This document shows positions 19,127-28,212 of a stretch of DNA of 64,000 nucleotides, piece after piece. How positions within the stretch are numbered: position 1 is the first letter of the stretch; every line of letters begins with the position of its first letter. A program made the translations under genes and the position numbers. Below the pieces are notes generated by a model that made no database searches, was not told where the DNA came from, and saw only the letters and a program-made list of their open reading frames with translations. This DNA is from Bacteroidia bacterium (GTDB taxonomy: Bacteria; Bacteroidota; Bacteroidia; M30B66). Where the stretch lies: NCBI GenBank assembly GCA_965279035.1, contig OZ257142.1, positions 2,752,001-2,816,000 on the forward strand, written 5' to 3'.

Positions 19127-20157
19127 AAACCCTTTCCATCTTATTCATTGCTGCTTTATTTAGCAGCTCGCTTTTGGCTCAAGAACCACATCTTCAGAAT
19201 ATTCGTCAGCTCACTTTTGGTGGCGATAATGCCGAAGCTTATTTCAGTTTTGATAACAGCAAACTCACTTTGCAAATTACCAATCCCAAACAAGGAATTC
19301 CCTGTGATCAGATTTATTTGATGGATTTGCAAAACGAAGATAAAGTTGTTCCACGCCGCATTAGCACTGGAAAAGGTCGTACAACTTGCTCCTATTTTAT
19401 GCCGGGTGATAAAACCATTTTGTACGCTTCTACTCACGCAGCTGCTGATACCTGTCCACCGCCACCAGCGCCGCGTAAAGACGGAAAATACCTATGGCCG
19501 ATTTACAATACGTTTGATATTTACGTGGCCGATTTGAATGGAAAAATTGTAAATCAACTCACCAATGCGCCCGGTTATGATGCTGAAGCAACGGTTTCTC
19601 CTGATGGAAAAATGATTGTTTTCACCTCCGATCGTTCGGGCGATTTGGAATTGTATATCATGGATATTGACGGAAAAAACGTACGACAAATCACTTCTGG
19701 TTTAGGCTATGACGGTGGTGCTTTCTTTTCGCCCGATAGTAAGAAATTGGTGTATCGAGCATCTCGTCCAAAAACACCTGATGAAATTGCTAGCTATAAG
19801 CAATTGCTTCGCGAAGGATTGGTTGCTCCAACCACTATGGAAATTTATACCTGTAATGTTGATGGAACAGAGCAGAAACAACTCACGCAATTGGGAAAGG
19901 CGAATTGGGCACCTTTCTTCCATCCATCAGGTAAGAAAATTATTTTTGCTTCTAATCACTCATCTACCAAAGGATACGACTTCAATTTATTCATGATCAA
20001 TCTCGATGGAACTGGTCTGGAGCAAATTACCAACATCAGCAACTTTAACGCGTTTCCGATGTTTTCACCCGATGGAAAGAGACTCGTATTTTCTTCGAAT
20101 CGCAACAATGGCGGAACGCGCGATACGAATGTGTTTATAGCCGATTGGAAAGATTAA
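19123..20157 (+). CDS. TolB-like PD40 beta-propeller protein
   Basis: Repeated SPDGK.IVF.S.R motifs, NAEAYFS, GYDAEAT; signal peptide. Confidence 0.88.
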   Translation: MKTLSILFIAALFSSSLLAQEPHLQNIRQLTFGGDNAEAYFSFDNSKLTLQITNPKQGIPCDQIYLMDLQNEDKVVPRRISTGKGRTTCSYFMPGDKTILYASTHAAADTCPPPPAPRKDGKYLWPIYNTFDIYVADLNGKIVNQLTNAPGYDAEATVSPDGKMIVFTSDRSGDLELYIMDIDGKNVRQITSGLGYDGGAFFSPDSKKLVYRASRPKTPDEIASYKQLLREGLVAPTTMEIYTCNVDGTEQKQLTQLGKANWAPFFHPSGKKIIFASNHSSTKGYDFNLFMINLDGTGLEQITNISNFNAFPMFSPDGKRLVFSSNRNNGGTRDTNVFIADWKD

Positions 20158-20174
20158 ACCTTATTGTATTTAAC

Positions 20175-21401
20175 ATGAAACTTCGTTCAATTTCACTTTT
20201 AGCCTTGTTGATTAGCAGCCAATTGGGTGCACAAAACTGGTTTGATCCTAAAATCATTCTTCAACATATTTCGGTAATAGCTTCTGATTCGCTACGCGGA
20301 CGCGGAACAGGAACCGAAGATGAGCGCAAAGCTGCCGAATATGTAATTGCTCAGTGGAAAGCTGCCGGCATTCAGCCAAAAGGTGAACATGGTTCTTGGT
20401 TTCAAGAATTTGATTTCAATGCGGGCATGCATGGCAAAGGTGGACGAAGTGGAAAAACAAATAACATCATAGGTTTTCTCGATAATAAAGCGGCAACAAC
20501 TATTGTCATAGGTGCACACATGGACCATTTAGGAGATGGTTCGGATGGACATTCCTTGGATGCACATGCGAAAGGTCAAATCCACAACGGCGCGGATGAC
20601 AATGCATCGGGAACAAGCGGAGTGATTGAATTAGCTCGTTTCTATGGAATGAATAAGGAAACCGAAAAATTCAATTTTCTATTTATTTGTTTTTCAGGTG
20701 AAGAATTGGGTTTATTGGGTTCTGAATATTTTGCCAATCATCCTACGATTGATTTAGCTCAGGTGAATTGCATGATCAATATGGATATGATTGGTCGTTT
20801 GAAAACAGATAAACCGGTATTGGAAGTTTCTGGTGTTGGAACAGCCGCTGAATGGATGGATTTGGTGAAATCGTTTTCGAGTGCAGCTATGGAAATTAAA
20901 TGCGATTCGGCAGGTGTTGGTCCATCAGATCATACGTCGTTTTACAACAAACAAATTCCGGTATTGCATTTCTTTACGGGTACACACAGCGATTATCATA
21001 AACCTTCGGATGATGTAGAGAAGATTAATGCTCAAGGTGAAGAAGCGGTGTTAATGGTGATTTCTGGAGTCATTGCTAAATTACCTACTGATCACAAATT
21101 GGCATTTTTGAAAACTCGCAATCCTTCGATGGGAAGCGCTTCGGCCTTTAAAGTAACCTTAGGCATTATGCCTTCTTATGCCGAAGACGCAGCCGGCTTA
21201 AAAGTAGAAGCAGTGCTCGACGATAAAGCAGCTTTCAAAGCAGGAATGAAAGATGGCGACATTATTACTCAAATGGGAGATGTCAAAGTCACCGGAATTC
21301 AATCTTACATGGAAGGATTGGGGAAATTCAGCAAAGGAGATAAAACTAAAGTCACCGTATTGCGTGGTAAAGAAACGCTGGTGCTGGATGTAGAGTTTTA
21401 G
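20175..21401 (+). CDS. M28 family aminopeptidase with C-terminal PDZ domain
   Basis: GAHMDH, GADDNASG, GEELGLLGS, SDH, DYH; PDZ TLGIMP...GMKDGDII. Start moved to ATG 20175. Confidence 0.9.
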   Translation: MKLRSISLLALLISSQLGAQNWFDPKIILQHISVIASDSLRGRGTGTEDERKAAEYVIAQWKAAGIQPKGEHGSWFQEFDFNAGMHGKGGRSGKTNNIIGFLDNKAATTIVIGAHMDHLGDGSDGHSLDAHAKGQIHNGADDNASGTSGVIELARFYGMNKETEKFNFLFICFSGEELGLLGSEYFANHPTIDLAQVNCMINMDMIGRLKTDKPVLEVSGVGTAAEWMDLVKSFSSAAMEIKCDSAGVGPSDHTSFYNKQIPVLHFFTGTHSDYHKPSDDVEKINAQGEEAVLMVISGVIAKLPTDHKLAFLKTRNPSMGSASAFKVTLGIMPSYAEDAAGLKVEAVLDDKAAFKAGMKDGDIITQMGDVKVTGIQSYMEGLGKFSKGDKTKVTVLRGKETLVLDVEF

Positions 21402-21529
21402 TTTTTTGAATTAAATATTCTTATAAACCTGAGAGGTTGTTGATTAATCAATATAATTTATTCAATCAATCATTGAATAAAGAATGCAGTAGAATCATGA
21501 AAATTTATCATTCATGTTTGTCTGCGACG

Positions 21530-21700
21530 CCATACTTTCTTGTCTTGACACACGCTTCGACAAGCTCAGCGTGCATTAAAAGAAGGTCAAGTCTGGACGA
21601 TACTGCTTACGCGCAAGGCCTTTTTTCGACCATTGTGATGGGATAAGCTTTTTCTCATCTATGTCGAAACACACCCTCGCCGCCCAGACGAAGCCACCGC
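21530..21700. other. GC-rich multi-stem intergenic element with an embedded REP-like hairpin
   Basis: Pairings CTTGAC/GTCAAG, GTCTGG/CCAGAC, TTTCGAC/GTCGAAA, GATGGGA/TCTCATC. Confidence 0.45.
21551..21573 (+). repeat. REP-like element CACGCTTCGACAAGCTCAGCGTG
   Basis: 21 nt identical to 25703-25723; core is the reverse complement of the CTGAGCTTGTCGAAG at 56882. Confidence 0.8.
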
Positions 21701-21896
21701 TCTGATCCGTTTCTAAACCTAATTTTACATTAAAATAAAATAATTTAAGGCCTTTAATTAGCATTGAGTATTGTAGTAAACGATAAAATATTTGAAGTAT
21801 GATTTATTTTTAAGATACTTTTAAATTCTTAACTGCATAAAGTGATAGCCGATTGAAATCCTAAATATATTAAAATGATAGATAAAACACGGAATC

Positions 21897-21952
21897 GGGC
21901 AAGGGATTGAGCTGAGCTCCTGCGATGCGAAAGCGCGGTGCGGAGCATGCCC
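21897..21952 (+). ncRNA. Minimal/degenerate Flavo-1-like copy D
   Basis: GGGCA-AGGGATTGAGC...GCGAAAGCGCGG...GCATGCCC; closing stem GGGCA/TGCCC. Confidence 0.45.
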
Positions 21953-21959
21953 CCAAATA

Positions 21960-21991
21960 AAAAAGCTACCACATGCATGCAGTAGCTTTTT
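21960..21991. terminator. Bidirectional intrinsic terminator
   Basis: AAAAAGCTAC-loop-GTAGCTTTTT, 18 nt downstream of the MBL-rhodanese stop. Confidence 0.8.
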
Positions 21992-22009
21992 GATTTAGTG
22001 TGTGAAATT

Positions 22010-23416
22010 TTAAAGCATTGTTTTAGGTTCCAAATAATTTGTGTGCTTTAATGATGTAGTTCGTAGTGCTTTATATCCACCGAGAATATTCACCACTTTA
22101 TGATAGCCTTTTGACATTAAAATTGAAGCCGCAATCACTGAACGATATCCTCCAGCACAATGGATATAATAGGTTTTATCGGAATTTATGGTATGTATTT
22201 TTTGATGAATAAAATCGAGTGGTAAATTAATAGCACCGATTAAATGTTCTGAATCGAATTCACTTTTACGTCGTACATCCAACAAATTAAGTGGCTCTAT
22301 TTCGAACTTCTCAGCGAAACTTTCGGCATCTATTTCAGCGAGACTTCCAATAGGCTTTCCAGCCAATTTCCAAGAAGTAATTCCCCCTTTTAAATAACCC
22401 AAGGTATTATCGTAACCAACACGTGCAAGTCGAGTAACTACTTCATTTTCAAAACCTGGATCGGCAAGGAAAAGAATGGGCTGATTTAAATCCATTACCA
22501 ATGCGCCAACCCAAGGAGCAAAGCTATCTTCAATGCCGATATACCAAGAACCTGGAATATGTGCTTGAGTAAAATATTCTTTTTTACGTGTGTCGATTAC
22601 GAGTGCTTTTTCAGTTTCTAATATGAGAAGGAAAGCATCGATATCGAGTGCCGTAGTTCCTTTCGTAAGCACTTCATCAAAAGAGGCATATCCTGTTTTA
22701 TTCATCACTGCATTCTTTGGAAAATATTGTGGCGGTGCAACGAGTCCATCGGTTACTTCTTTAATAAATTCCTTTTTTGTTAATGCACGTAAAGCATAGT
22801 TCACTTGTTTTTGATGTCCGAGCGTGTCGATAGTTTCTTTGCTCATATTTTTACCACAAGCCGAACCTGCACCATGCCCCGGATATACAATAACATCGTC
22901 GGATAATGGGAAAATTTTTATGTGTAAAGAATCGTATAAATGTCCTGCAAGATCTTCGCGCGAAAGGTCCGATTTAACAGCTAAATCGGGGCGACCAACA
23001 TCACCAATAAACAAGGTATCGCCACTAAAAATTGCTTGTTCAATTCCTTCTTCATCGATGAGAAGAAAGGTACAAGATTCCATGGTATGACCGGGTGTAT
23101 GCAAAACGCGAATGGTAATATCGCCCAATTTCAAGTCTTCGTTATCCTTGGCAATATGTGCTTCGAATGCAGGTTGTGCTGTTGGACCAAATACAATTTG
23201 AGCACCTGTTTTCTTAGCTAAATCGAGGTGCCCGGAGACAAAATCAGCATGGAAATGCGTTTCTAAAATGTACTTGATTTTGGCATTGTCGTTTTTTGCC
23301 ATTTCGATGTATGGTGATGATTCGCGCAAAGGATCAACAATCGCAACTTCGCCTTTACTTTCTATGTAGTAGGCTGCTTCGGCAAGGCAACCTGTATAAA
23401 GTTGTTCAATTTTCAT
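22010..23416 (-). CDS. MBL-fold persulfide dioxygenase fused to two rhodanese domains (CstB-like)
   Basis: ETHFHADFVSGH, HTPGHT, GDTLFIGDVGRPDL, PGHGAGSACG; rhodanese HCAGGYRS. Confidence 0.9.
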   Translation of the reverse strand: MKIEQLYTGCLAEAAYYIESKGEVAIVDPLRESSPYIEMAKNDNAKIKYILETHFHADFVSGHLDLAKKTGAQIVFGPTAQPAFEAHIAKDNEDLKLGDITIRVLHTPGHTMESCTFLLIDEEGIEQAIFSGDTLFIGDVGRPDLAVKSDLSREDLAGHLYDSLHIKIFPLSDDVIVYPGHGAGSACGKNMSKETIDTLGHQKQVNYALRALTKKEFIKEVTDGLVAPPQYFPKNAVMNKTGYASFDEVLTKGTTALDIDAFLLILETEKALVIDTRKKEYFTQAHIPGSWYIGIEDSFAPWVGALVMDLNQPILFLADPGFENEVVTRLARVGYDNTLGYLKGGITSWKLAGKPIGSLAEIDAESFAEKFEIEPLNLLDVRRKSEFDSEHLIGAINLPLDFIHQKIHTINSDKTYYIHCAGGYRSVIAASILMSKGYHKVVNILGGYKALRTTSLKHTNYLEPKTML

Positions 23417-23717
23417 AAAAATCGATTTTGACAGATTTAAAAAAGATAAACAAAATTGATTGGAATAGCCTTCTCAAAATATGACCTATATCAGGTATTG
23501 AATTTATTTATGAAGTGTTTGATATTTATTTTATCTCGGTTGGTTGAATTCTGAATTTGATTTAAGTATATATTAATGAATTCAAGTTTTTTGAAATTAT
23601 AAAATCAATGTTAATAAATAATGAGAATCAAAGAAATTATAACAAGTAATCATTCTATTTTTCAAAAATCAATTGAGCGATTCAGGTATAAAATCAAGAT
23701 TTATTAAAAAAGCAGGA

Positions 23718-24410
23718 ATGAAAAATCGAATTCTCTCATCCATATTATTTCTTTTTTTGTTGATTTCGGGACAATGCTTTCCTCAGGCTCATTTCTATAT
23801 AGGACGTAGTTTCGGCATGTATCAGCATTTTCAAGGTCCGCTTGAAACAAGAGCTTGGTTGTTTAATAATTATACGGATGTAAAAAAAGAAATGAATCCC
23901 AATCGATTGAATGGAGGAATTGTTTTGGGAACGAATATGACAATTGGTCGCAGTGTTTTTGGCTTAGAGTTTTGCGGGAAAAACAATCGGTTTAGCGGAA
24001 CGAGAGAAGGATTGGGAATTAAAATAACAGATCAGTATAATGAAAAACTCAATGTTTTTTATGTCAATTATGGCTTAGGAAATAAAATTGGGTATTCTGA
24101 ATTAAATGAAACAAAATTTATTTATCGAGCACAAGTGGGCGTTGGATTTTACTCATTTAAATTAAAAGAAGATCGCAAAGGATTTGATGATTTTAGTGGA
24201 ACTGTTGGTTCAAGAAAAGGGATTTCGTTTCGATTTGGATTATACACTTTAATGAAATTGACTAATCACATTTATCTCAATGTAGTTCCCTATTATGAAA
24301 TGGATACGGGTGGCGGATATGTTGAGATTTTGGAGGATAAATTAAAGCAATCTGAATTTTTCAATATCACCAATTTGGGTGTCAATATAAATTTGAATTA
24401 TGCGTTCTAA
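23718..24410 (+). CDS. Hypothetical outer-membrane beta-barrel protein
   Basis: Signal peptide, alternating amphipathic strands, C-terminal NLNYAF; start moved to ATG 23718. Confidence 0.65.
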   Translation: MKNRILSSILFLFLLISGQCFPQAHFYIGRSFGMYQHFQGPLETRAWLFNNYTDVKKEMNPNRLNGGIVLGTNMTIGRSVFGLEFCGKNNRFSGTREGLGIKITDQYNEKLNVFYVNYGLGNKIGYSELNETKFIYRAQVGVGFYSFKLKEDRKGFDDFSGTVGSRKGISFRFGLYTLMKLTNHIYLNVVPYYEMDTGGGYVEILEDKLKQSEFFNITNLGVNINLNYAF

Positions 24411-25209
24411 ATTCTATGCATGTATCTTAATTCTAATGTGCCACTATTTAACGGTGAATGCACAATTTGAAAATCGCTACAGTGAACTTTTCTTTCATTA
24501 TGGATTGGTTGAAAGTCTGCAATTAAATGAATGGAAATATTTTGCGGAAAGTTATAATGCAACCGTATTACCAAGCGAAAAACTAGGTGATTTTGAACAA
24601 GGGTTTAATTTTGATTTAGGATATCGAATCAATCTGAATCGCTTTTATAGTACGCTTTCCTATCAACGTTATTATGGAAGAGCTAGTGCAAAATTCACCA
24701 ATAATGAATCACGATTATTCGATTTACACGCCAATGCTGTTGCTTGGGGTTTTGGGTATAAATTAAGAAATGTAGATAAAAAGTTTAATGTGAGTTTGGT
24801 GTATAATATGAGAATTACAAGCAAGACTCGCATTGTTTCTTCGTATAAATATGCCGATGGATTTGAAAGTATGGGCGGCGACAAAAGCTTAAATGGAACT
24901 TATTTGGGACTTGGTGCATTGGGCTCTGAATTGGGATTTTTAATTCAATATAGAATCAGTAAAAAAATACAAATAGACATTGGAATGGTGAAACAATGGA
25001 ACAATTCACTTACTCCATCAACTATGGACGACAAAAGCGATTTCAAAGCATTTAAAGGCACCGGCGGTTCGCAATTACCTCAAGATTATGCTTCTTATAA
25101 TGCTGATCCATTCCAATATATTTTAGATAGCAAATTGGTGGTTCACGATAAATCGAAGGGAAATAAAATCATGATTGGAATTAGTTATTCAATTTCAAAT
25201 ACAAACTAG
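24400..25209 (+). CDS. Hypothetical outer-membrane beta-barrel protein
   Basis: Signal peptide VNA-Q; strands FDLGYR, WGFGYK, IMIGISYSI. Confidence 0.65.
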   Translation: MRSKFYACILILMCHYLTVNAQFENRYSELFFHYGLVESLQLNEWKYFAESYNATVLPSEKLGDFEQGFNFDLGYRINLNRFYSTLSYQRYYGRASAKFTNNESRLFDLHANAVAWGFGYKLRNVDKKFNVSLVYNMRITSKTRIVSSYKYADGFESMGGDKSLNGTYLGLGALGSELGFLIQYRISKKIQIDIGMVKQWNNSLTPSTMDDKSDFKAFKGTGGSQLPQDYASYNADPFQYILDSKLVVHDKSKGNKIMIGISYSISNTN

Positions 25210-25211
25210 AC

Positions 25212-25697
25212 ATGAAAAATAGCTGCTTATTTATTCTGCTCCTTTTTATCATGCAATCCTGTAGTAAAAAAGGGACACTGTACGAAGATTATTGGGAAAC
25301 CATAGAAGCTGGTTCCTATCAGTTTACGGAGGCTAAATGCAGCATTTATAAAGATCAAGTATTTTTAAAAGATTCTGCTATTATCGTTGGAAAATCCTAT
25401 ATCCTCTTATACACTTCTCAATCGGGTGGTTTTTACAATGAACTTGATTTATACGGAGATTGGACACCACCTTTGTTTTCTGGTGGAGAAGGCTATGAAA
25501 AAGTTTGGAATATGGAAAATGATGATAAACGAATTTCATTTTCTTATTATGTAAATTACACATATGTAGCTACTTCATCCTTAACGATGGAGAATGTTGG
25601 CAAATCGAAACAAATTTGGCATTATGTGACTGAAAGCTTAAATGGCATTTATTCGCATTATCAGATTACCCTTGAAAGAACAACGAATACAGATTAA
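25212..25697 (+). CDS. Hypothetical lipoprotein
   Basis: Lipobox-like FIMQS-C followed by SKK; beta-rich sequence. Confidence 0.7.
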   Translation: MKNSCLFILLLFIMQSCSKKGTLYEDYWETIEAGSYQFTEAKCSIYKDQVFLKDSAIIVGKSYILLYTSQSGGFYNELDLYGDWTPPLFSGGEGYEKVWNMENDDKRISFSYYVNYTYVATSSLTMENVGKSKQIWHYVTESLNGIYSHYQITLERTTNTD

Positions 25698-25702
25698 CAA
25701 AG

Positions 25703-25761
25703 CACGCTTCGACAAGCTCAGCGCGCGGGTTTAATCGCTCCCTGAGCCTGTCGAAGGGAGC
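25703..25761. repeat. Inverted pair of REP-like elements (CTTCGACAAGCTCAG / CTGAGCCTGTCGAAG)
   Basis: Two opposed cores, each with its own short stem (GCTCCC/GGGAGC); followed by octamer repeats CACATTAA-CACATCAG-CACACTAA. Confidence 0.8.
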
Positions 25762-25801
25762 ACATTAACACATCAGCACACTAATATATTATCTTGCGCC
25801 C

Positions 25802-27004
25802 ATGTTGTACAGGGTTTTACATCTGCTCATTGGGGCTTGGATGCGGATTCATTTGAAACGATTATTTATTCGTGGATTGGATAATGTTCCTAAAAATGAA
25901 CCGATCATACTTACGTGTAATCATGGAAATGCTTTTTTAGATGCTGTATTGATAGCCATAACATTAAAACGTCCTGTCCACTTTCTCACACGTGCAGATG
26001 TTTTTAAAAAATCCTGGCAACGTTATATACTTGGGAAAATAAAAATGATTCCCGTTTATCGCATTCGAGATGGAATTGATAGCCTTGAACAAAACAATGA
26101 AACCTTCGCCCTTTGTGCAAAAATCTTAAATGATGGTGGTGCGATTTTAATTTTTTCCGAAGGAAATGCACATCCCGAAAAACGACTTCGTCCATTAAAA
26201 AAAGGAAGTGCACGCATTGCTTTTCAATCGGCTGAAACCATGAATTGGTCGAGCGAATTAAAAATTATCCCAGTCGGAATTAATTATGTTGATCATACAC
26301 GATTTCGAACCGAAGTGATGTTGGGTTTTGGAGCTCCCATTACCGTTTCAGATTTTCGCACTGAATATGAAACCGATCAAGCCCGAGGATTGCGTGCGCT
26401 AAACCATCAAATTTTCCAAGGTATACATCAGGAGATGATTCATATTCCTGAACGAGCTCAAGATGATTCCGCAAACATTGCATTGGCTATTGGGCGTGCT
26501 GAAAAACAATATCCACTTTTTCGTTTTCGCTACAAAGAGGAGGGTCGTCTAGATCACGAACAACAGGTACTAGCCAATTTTATCGAACGCGACACACCCG
26601 AATTACGCGAAAAACTACATCGTTTTGCAAAGAAAAGTGATGAATTACATCTCCCGCTAACACTTGCCCACGCTCAAATTCCACAAAGCCGAGTTCTCTT
26701 TTTAATTCTTGGATTTATTCCTGCATTTTTAGGATTAATTATTCATGCAATTCCCATGAGCCTAGCCTTTTGGTTTACAGGTAAAAAGGTACGCGATGCT
26801 CAATTCATTAATTCAGTTTTGATGGGAACTGGATTTTTCTTTACAGCTATTTGGTACCTGTTTATTAGTATCTGCAAAGCCTTTTATGCTCCGTATTTAA
26901 TTCTTCTTATTCCCCTTTTTCCTATTTTATTACGAATGACTCTACTTTATTCTGAAGCGCTCGGACAACAGCGCGCAAGGAGCTTGAGGAAGAAGTTGAA
27001 ATGA
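25802..27004 (+). CDS. PlsC-like (lyso)phospholipid acyltransferase
   Basis: NHGNAFLD (HX4D), FLTRAD, IFSEG, LKKG motifs; C-terminal TM helices. Confidence 0.88.
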   Translation: MLYRVLHLLIGAWMRIHLKRLFIRGLDNVPKNEPIILTCNHGNAFLDAVLIAITLKRPVHFLTRADVFKKSWQRYILGKIKMIPVYRIRDGIDSLEQNNETFALCAKILNDGGAILIFSEGNAHPEKRLRPLKKGSARIAFQSAETMNWSSELKIIPVGINYVDHTRFRTEVMLGFGAPITVSDFRTEYETDQARGLRALNHQIFQGIHQEMIHIPERAQDDSANIALAIGRAEKQYPLFRFRYKEEGRLDHEQQVLANFIERDTPELREKLHRFAKKSDELHLPLTLAHAQIPQSRVLFLILGFIPAFLGLIIHAIPMSLAFWFTGKKVRDAQFINSVLMGTGFFFTAIWYLFISICKAFYAPYLILLIPLFPILLRMTLLYSEALGQQRARSLRKKLK

Positions 27005-27011
27005 TTGCTGA

Positions 27012-27073
27012 TGATCCCGATAGCTATCGGGAGATGTGTTGGTGATCCCTCTATTTATCGGGAGATGTGCTGG
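27012..27073. repeat. 31-bp tandem duplication containing the palindrome TCCCGATAGCTATCGGGA
   Basis: Units 27012-27042 and 27043-27073; the first holds a perfect 18-bp palindrome (27015-27032). Confidence 0.8.
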
Positions 27074-27106
27074 TTTTCTAATATACTGATTGAGATTACT
27101 ACTCGC

Positions 27107-27130
27107 ATCCCCGGAATTCATTCCGGGGAT
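27107..27130. repeat. REP-like palindrome ATCCCCGGAATTCATTCCGGGGAT
   Basis: 10-bp perfect stem between convergent genes, with no U-tract. Confidence 0.7.
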
Positions 27131-27158
27131 ATTGTCCGAGTATACTATAATAAAAAAT

Positions 27159-28208
27159 CTAATCCTTCACTCTTCCCCAACCAAGCGTGCGTAACATCCA
27201 ATCGGGAAGTGGTTTGTATGATCCACGTTTCTTGAGATCGAGGTACCAGCCAATTTTCTTTACCAAGGGAATTCGGTGTGTATGAACAAACTCGATTAAT
27301 GTTCCATCAGGATCTTCGGTGTAAGTGAAATGTCCGGCTGCTTCACCCATGTCGAAGCTATCGCGACTATTCACAGTAAAAGGAGATCCCATTTTTGAAC
27401 ACTGCTTTTCGAGTCCATCCATATCGTTTACATCGAAGCAAACGTGAATGTACCCTAGGTCACCCCAAAAACGATGTTCAAATATTTTACGACCAACATG
27501 CTGCATCGACTGAATTAATTCCACTTCTGCAGCTCCTAACAAACGACGAAATGCGCCACCAAATGCTGGATTGGGGCGTAATAAAACCCGACGAAAATGT
27601 CCGTTTCCTAATTCAGGAGCTGGTCCTGTTTGGTCGAAAATTACTTGATTAAAACCGAGCGTTTCTTGATAAAATTGGAGTGAACGTTCAATATCCGAAA
27701 CGCCAATTTGAACGCCCGTGATTCCGCCGTTTTGGTGTTTACCAGTATCAAACCAATCGAGTCCGGGAGCGAAGGTAAAACGGTTTCCATAGGGATCATT
27801 CAAATGAAATCGAGAACCTCCATCGGGAGTGGGAAAAACATCCGAAACTTGAATTCCTTTCGCTTTATATTTTGAATGTGCAGCTTTTACATCACGGCAT
27901 TTTAGTAGTATTCCGAAAATCCCTAAATCGCCAGCTTGAATATGAAATGCAGCGGGTTGTGGATCGCGGCTCGTGTACTGCCATATTTCAAAACCTCCAC
28001 CACCTTGCATATTCATGGCAAGAATCGCATAGCGCTTACGTGCTTCATTACCGGTATAACGAACCATTAACTCAGCGGTTGAAGCATCTTTAAACACTGG
28101 CACATCCATGCCTAAATTGCGGCGATACCAAGTAAATGCGGCTTCCGCATCTTTTACTCCAATACCAACTTGCTGAATTCCGCTTAATAAAGAATTGCTC
28201 TGTGCCAT
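27159..28208 (-). CDS. VOC (glyoxalase-like) family protein, two domains
   Basis: IQQVGIGV, DPYGN, QIGVSDIERS..FY, EDPDGTLIEFV motifs. Confidence 0.88.
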   Translation of the reverse strand: MAQSNSLLSGIQQVGIGVKDAEAAFTWYRRNLGMDVPVFKDASTAELMVRYTGNEARKRYAILAMNMQGGGGFEIWQYTSRDPQPAAFHIQAGDLGIFGILLKCRDVKAAHSKYKAKGIQVSDVFPTPDGGSRFHLNDPYGNRFTFAPGLDWFDTGKHQNGGITGVQIGVSDIERSLQFYQETLGFNQVIFDQTGPAPELGNGHFRRVLLRPNPAFGGAFRRLLGAAEVELIQSMQHVGRKIFEHRFWGDLGYIHVCFDVNDMDGLEKQCSKMGSPFTVNSRDSFDMGEAAGHFTYTEDPDGTLIEFVHTHRIPLVKKIGWYLDLKKRGSYKPLPDWMLRTLGWGRVKD

Positions 28209-28212
28209 AACA

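Noticed and set aside
21457-21481. Inverted repeat TTTATTCAAT/ATTGAATAAA
   Set aside because: Almost entirely A/T and single copy; could be chance or a weak terminator
21437-21764. Two short opposing ORFs (69 and 62 aa)
   Set aside because: They run through REP and structured-element sequence, have no recognisable motifs and use non-ATG or weak starts
27012-27073. Mini-CRISPR interpretation of the 31-bp repeat
   Set aside because: The units are directly tandem with no unique spacers, there are only two copies, and no cas genes are present
27005-27235. 76-aa ORF beginning MLMIPIAIG
   Set aside because: IPIAIG is simply the translation of the palindromic repeat ATCCCGATAGCTATCGG; the ORF also overlaps the VOC gene antisense
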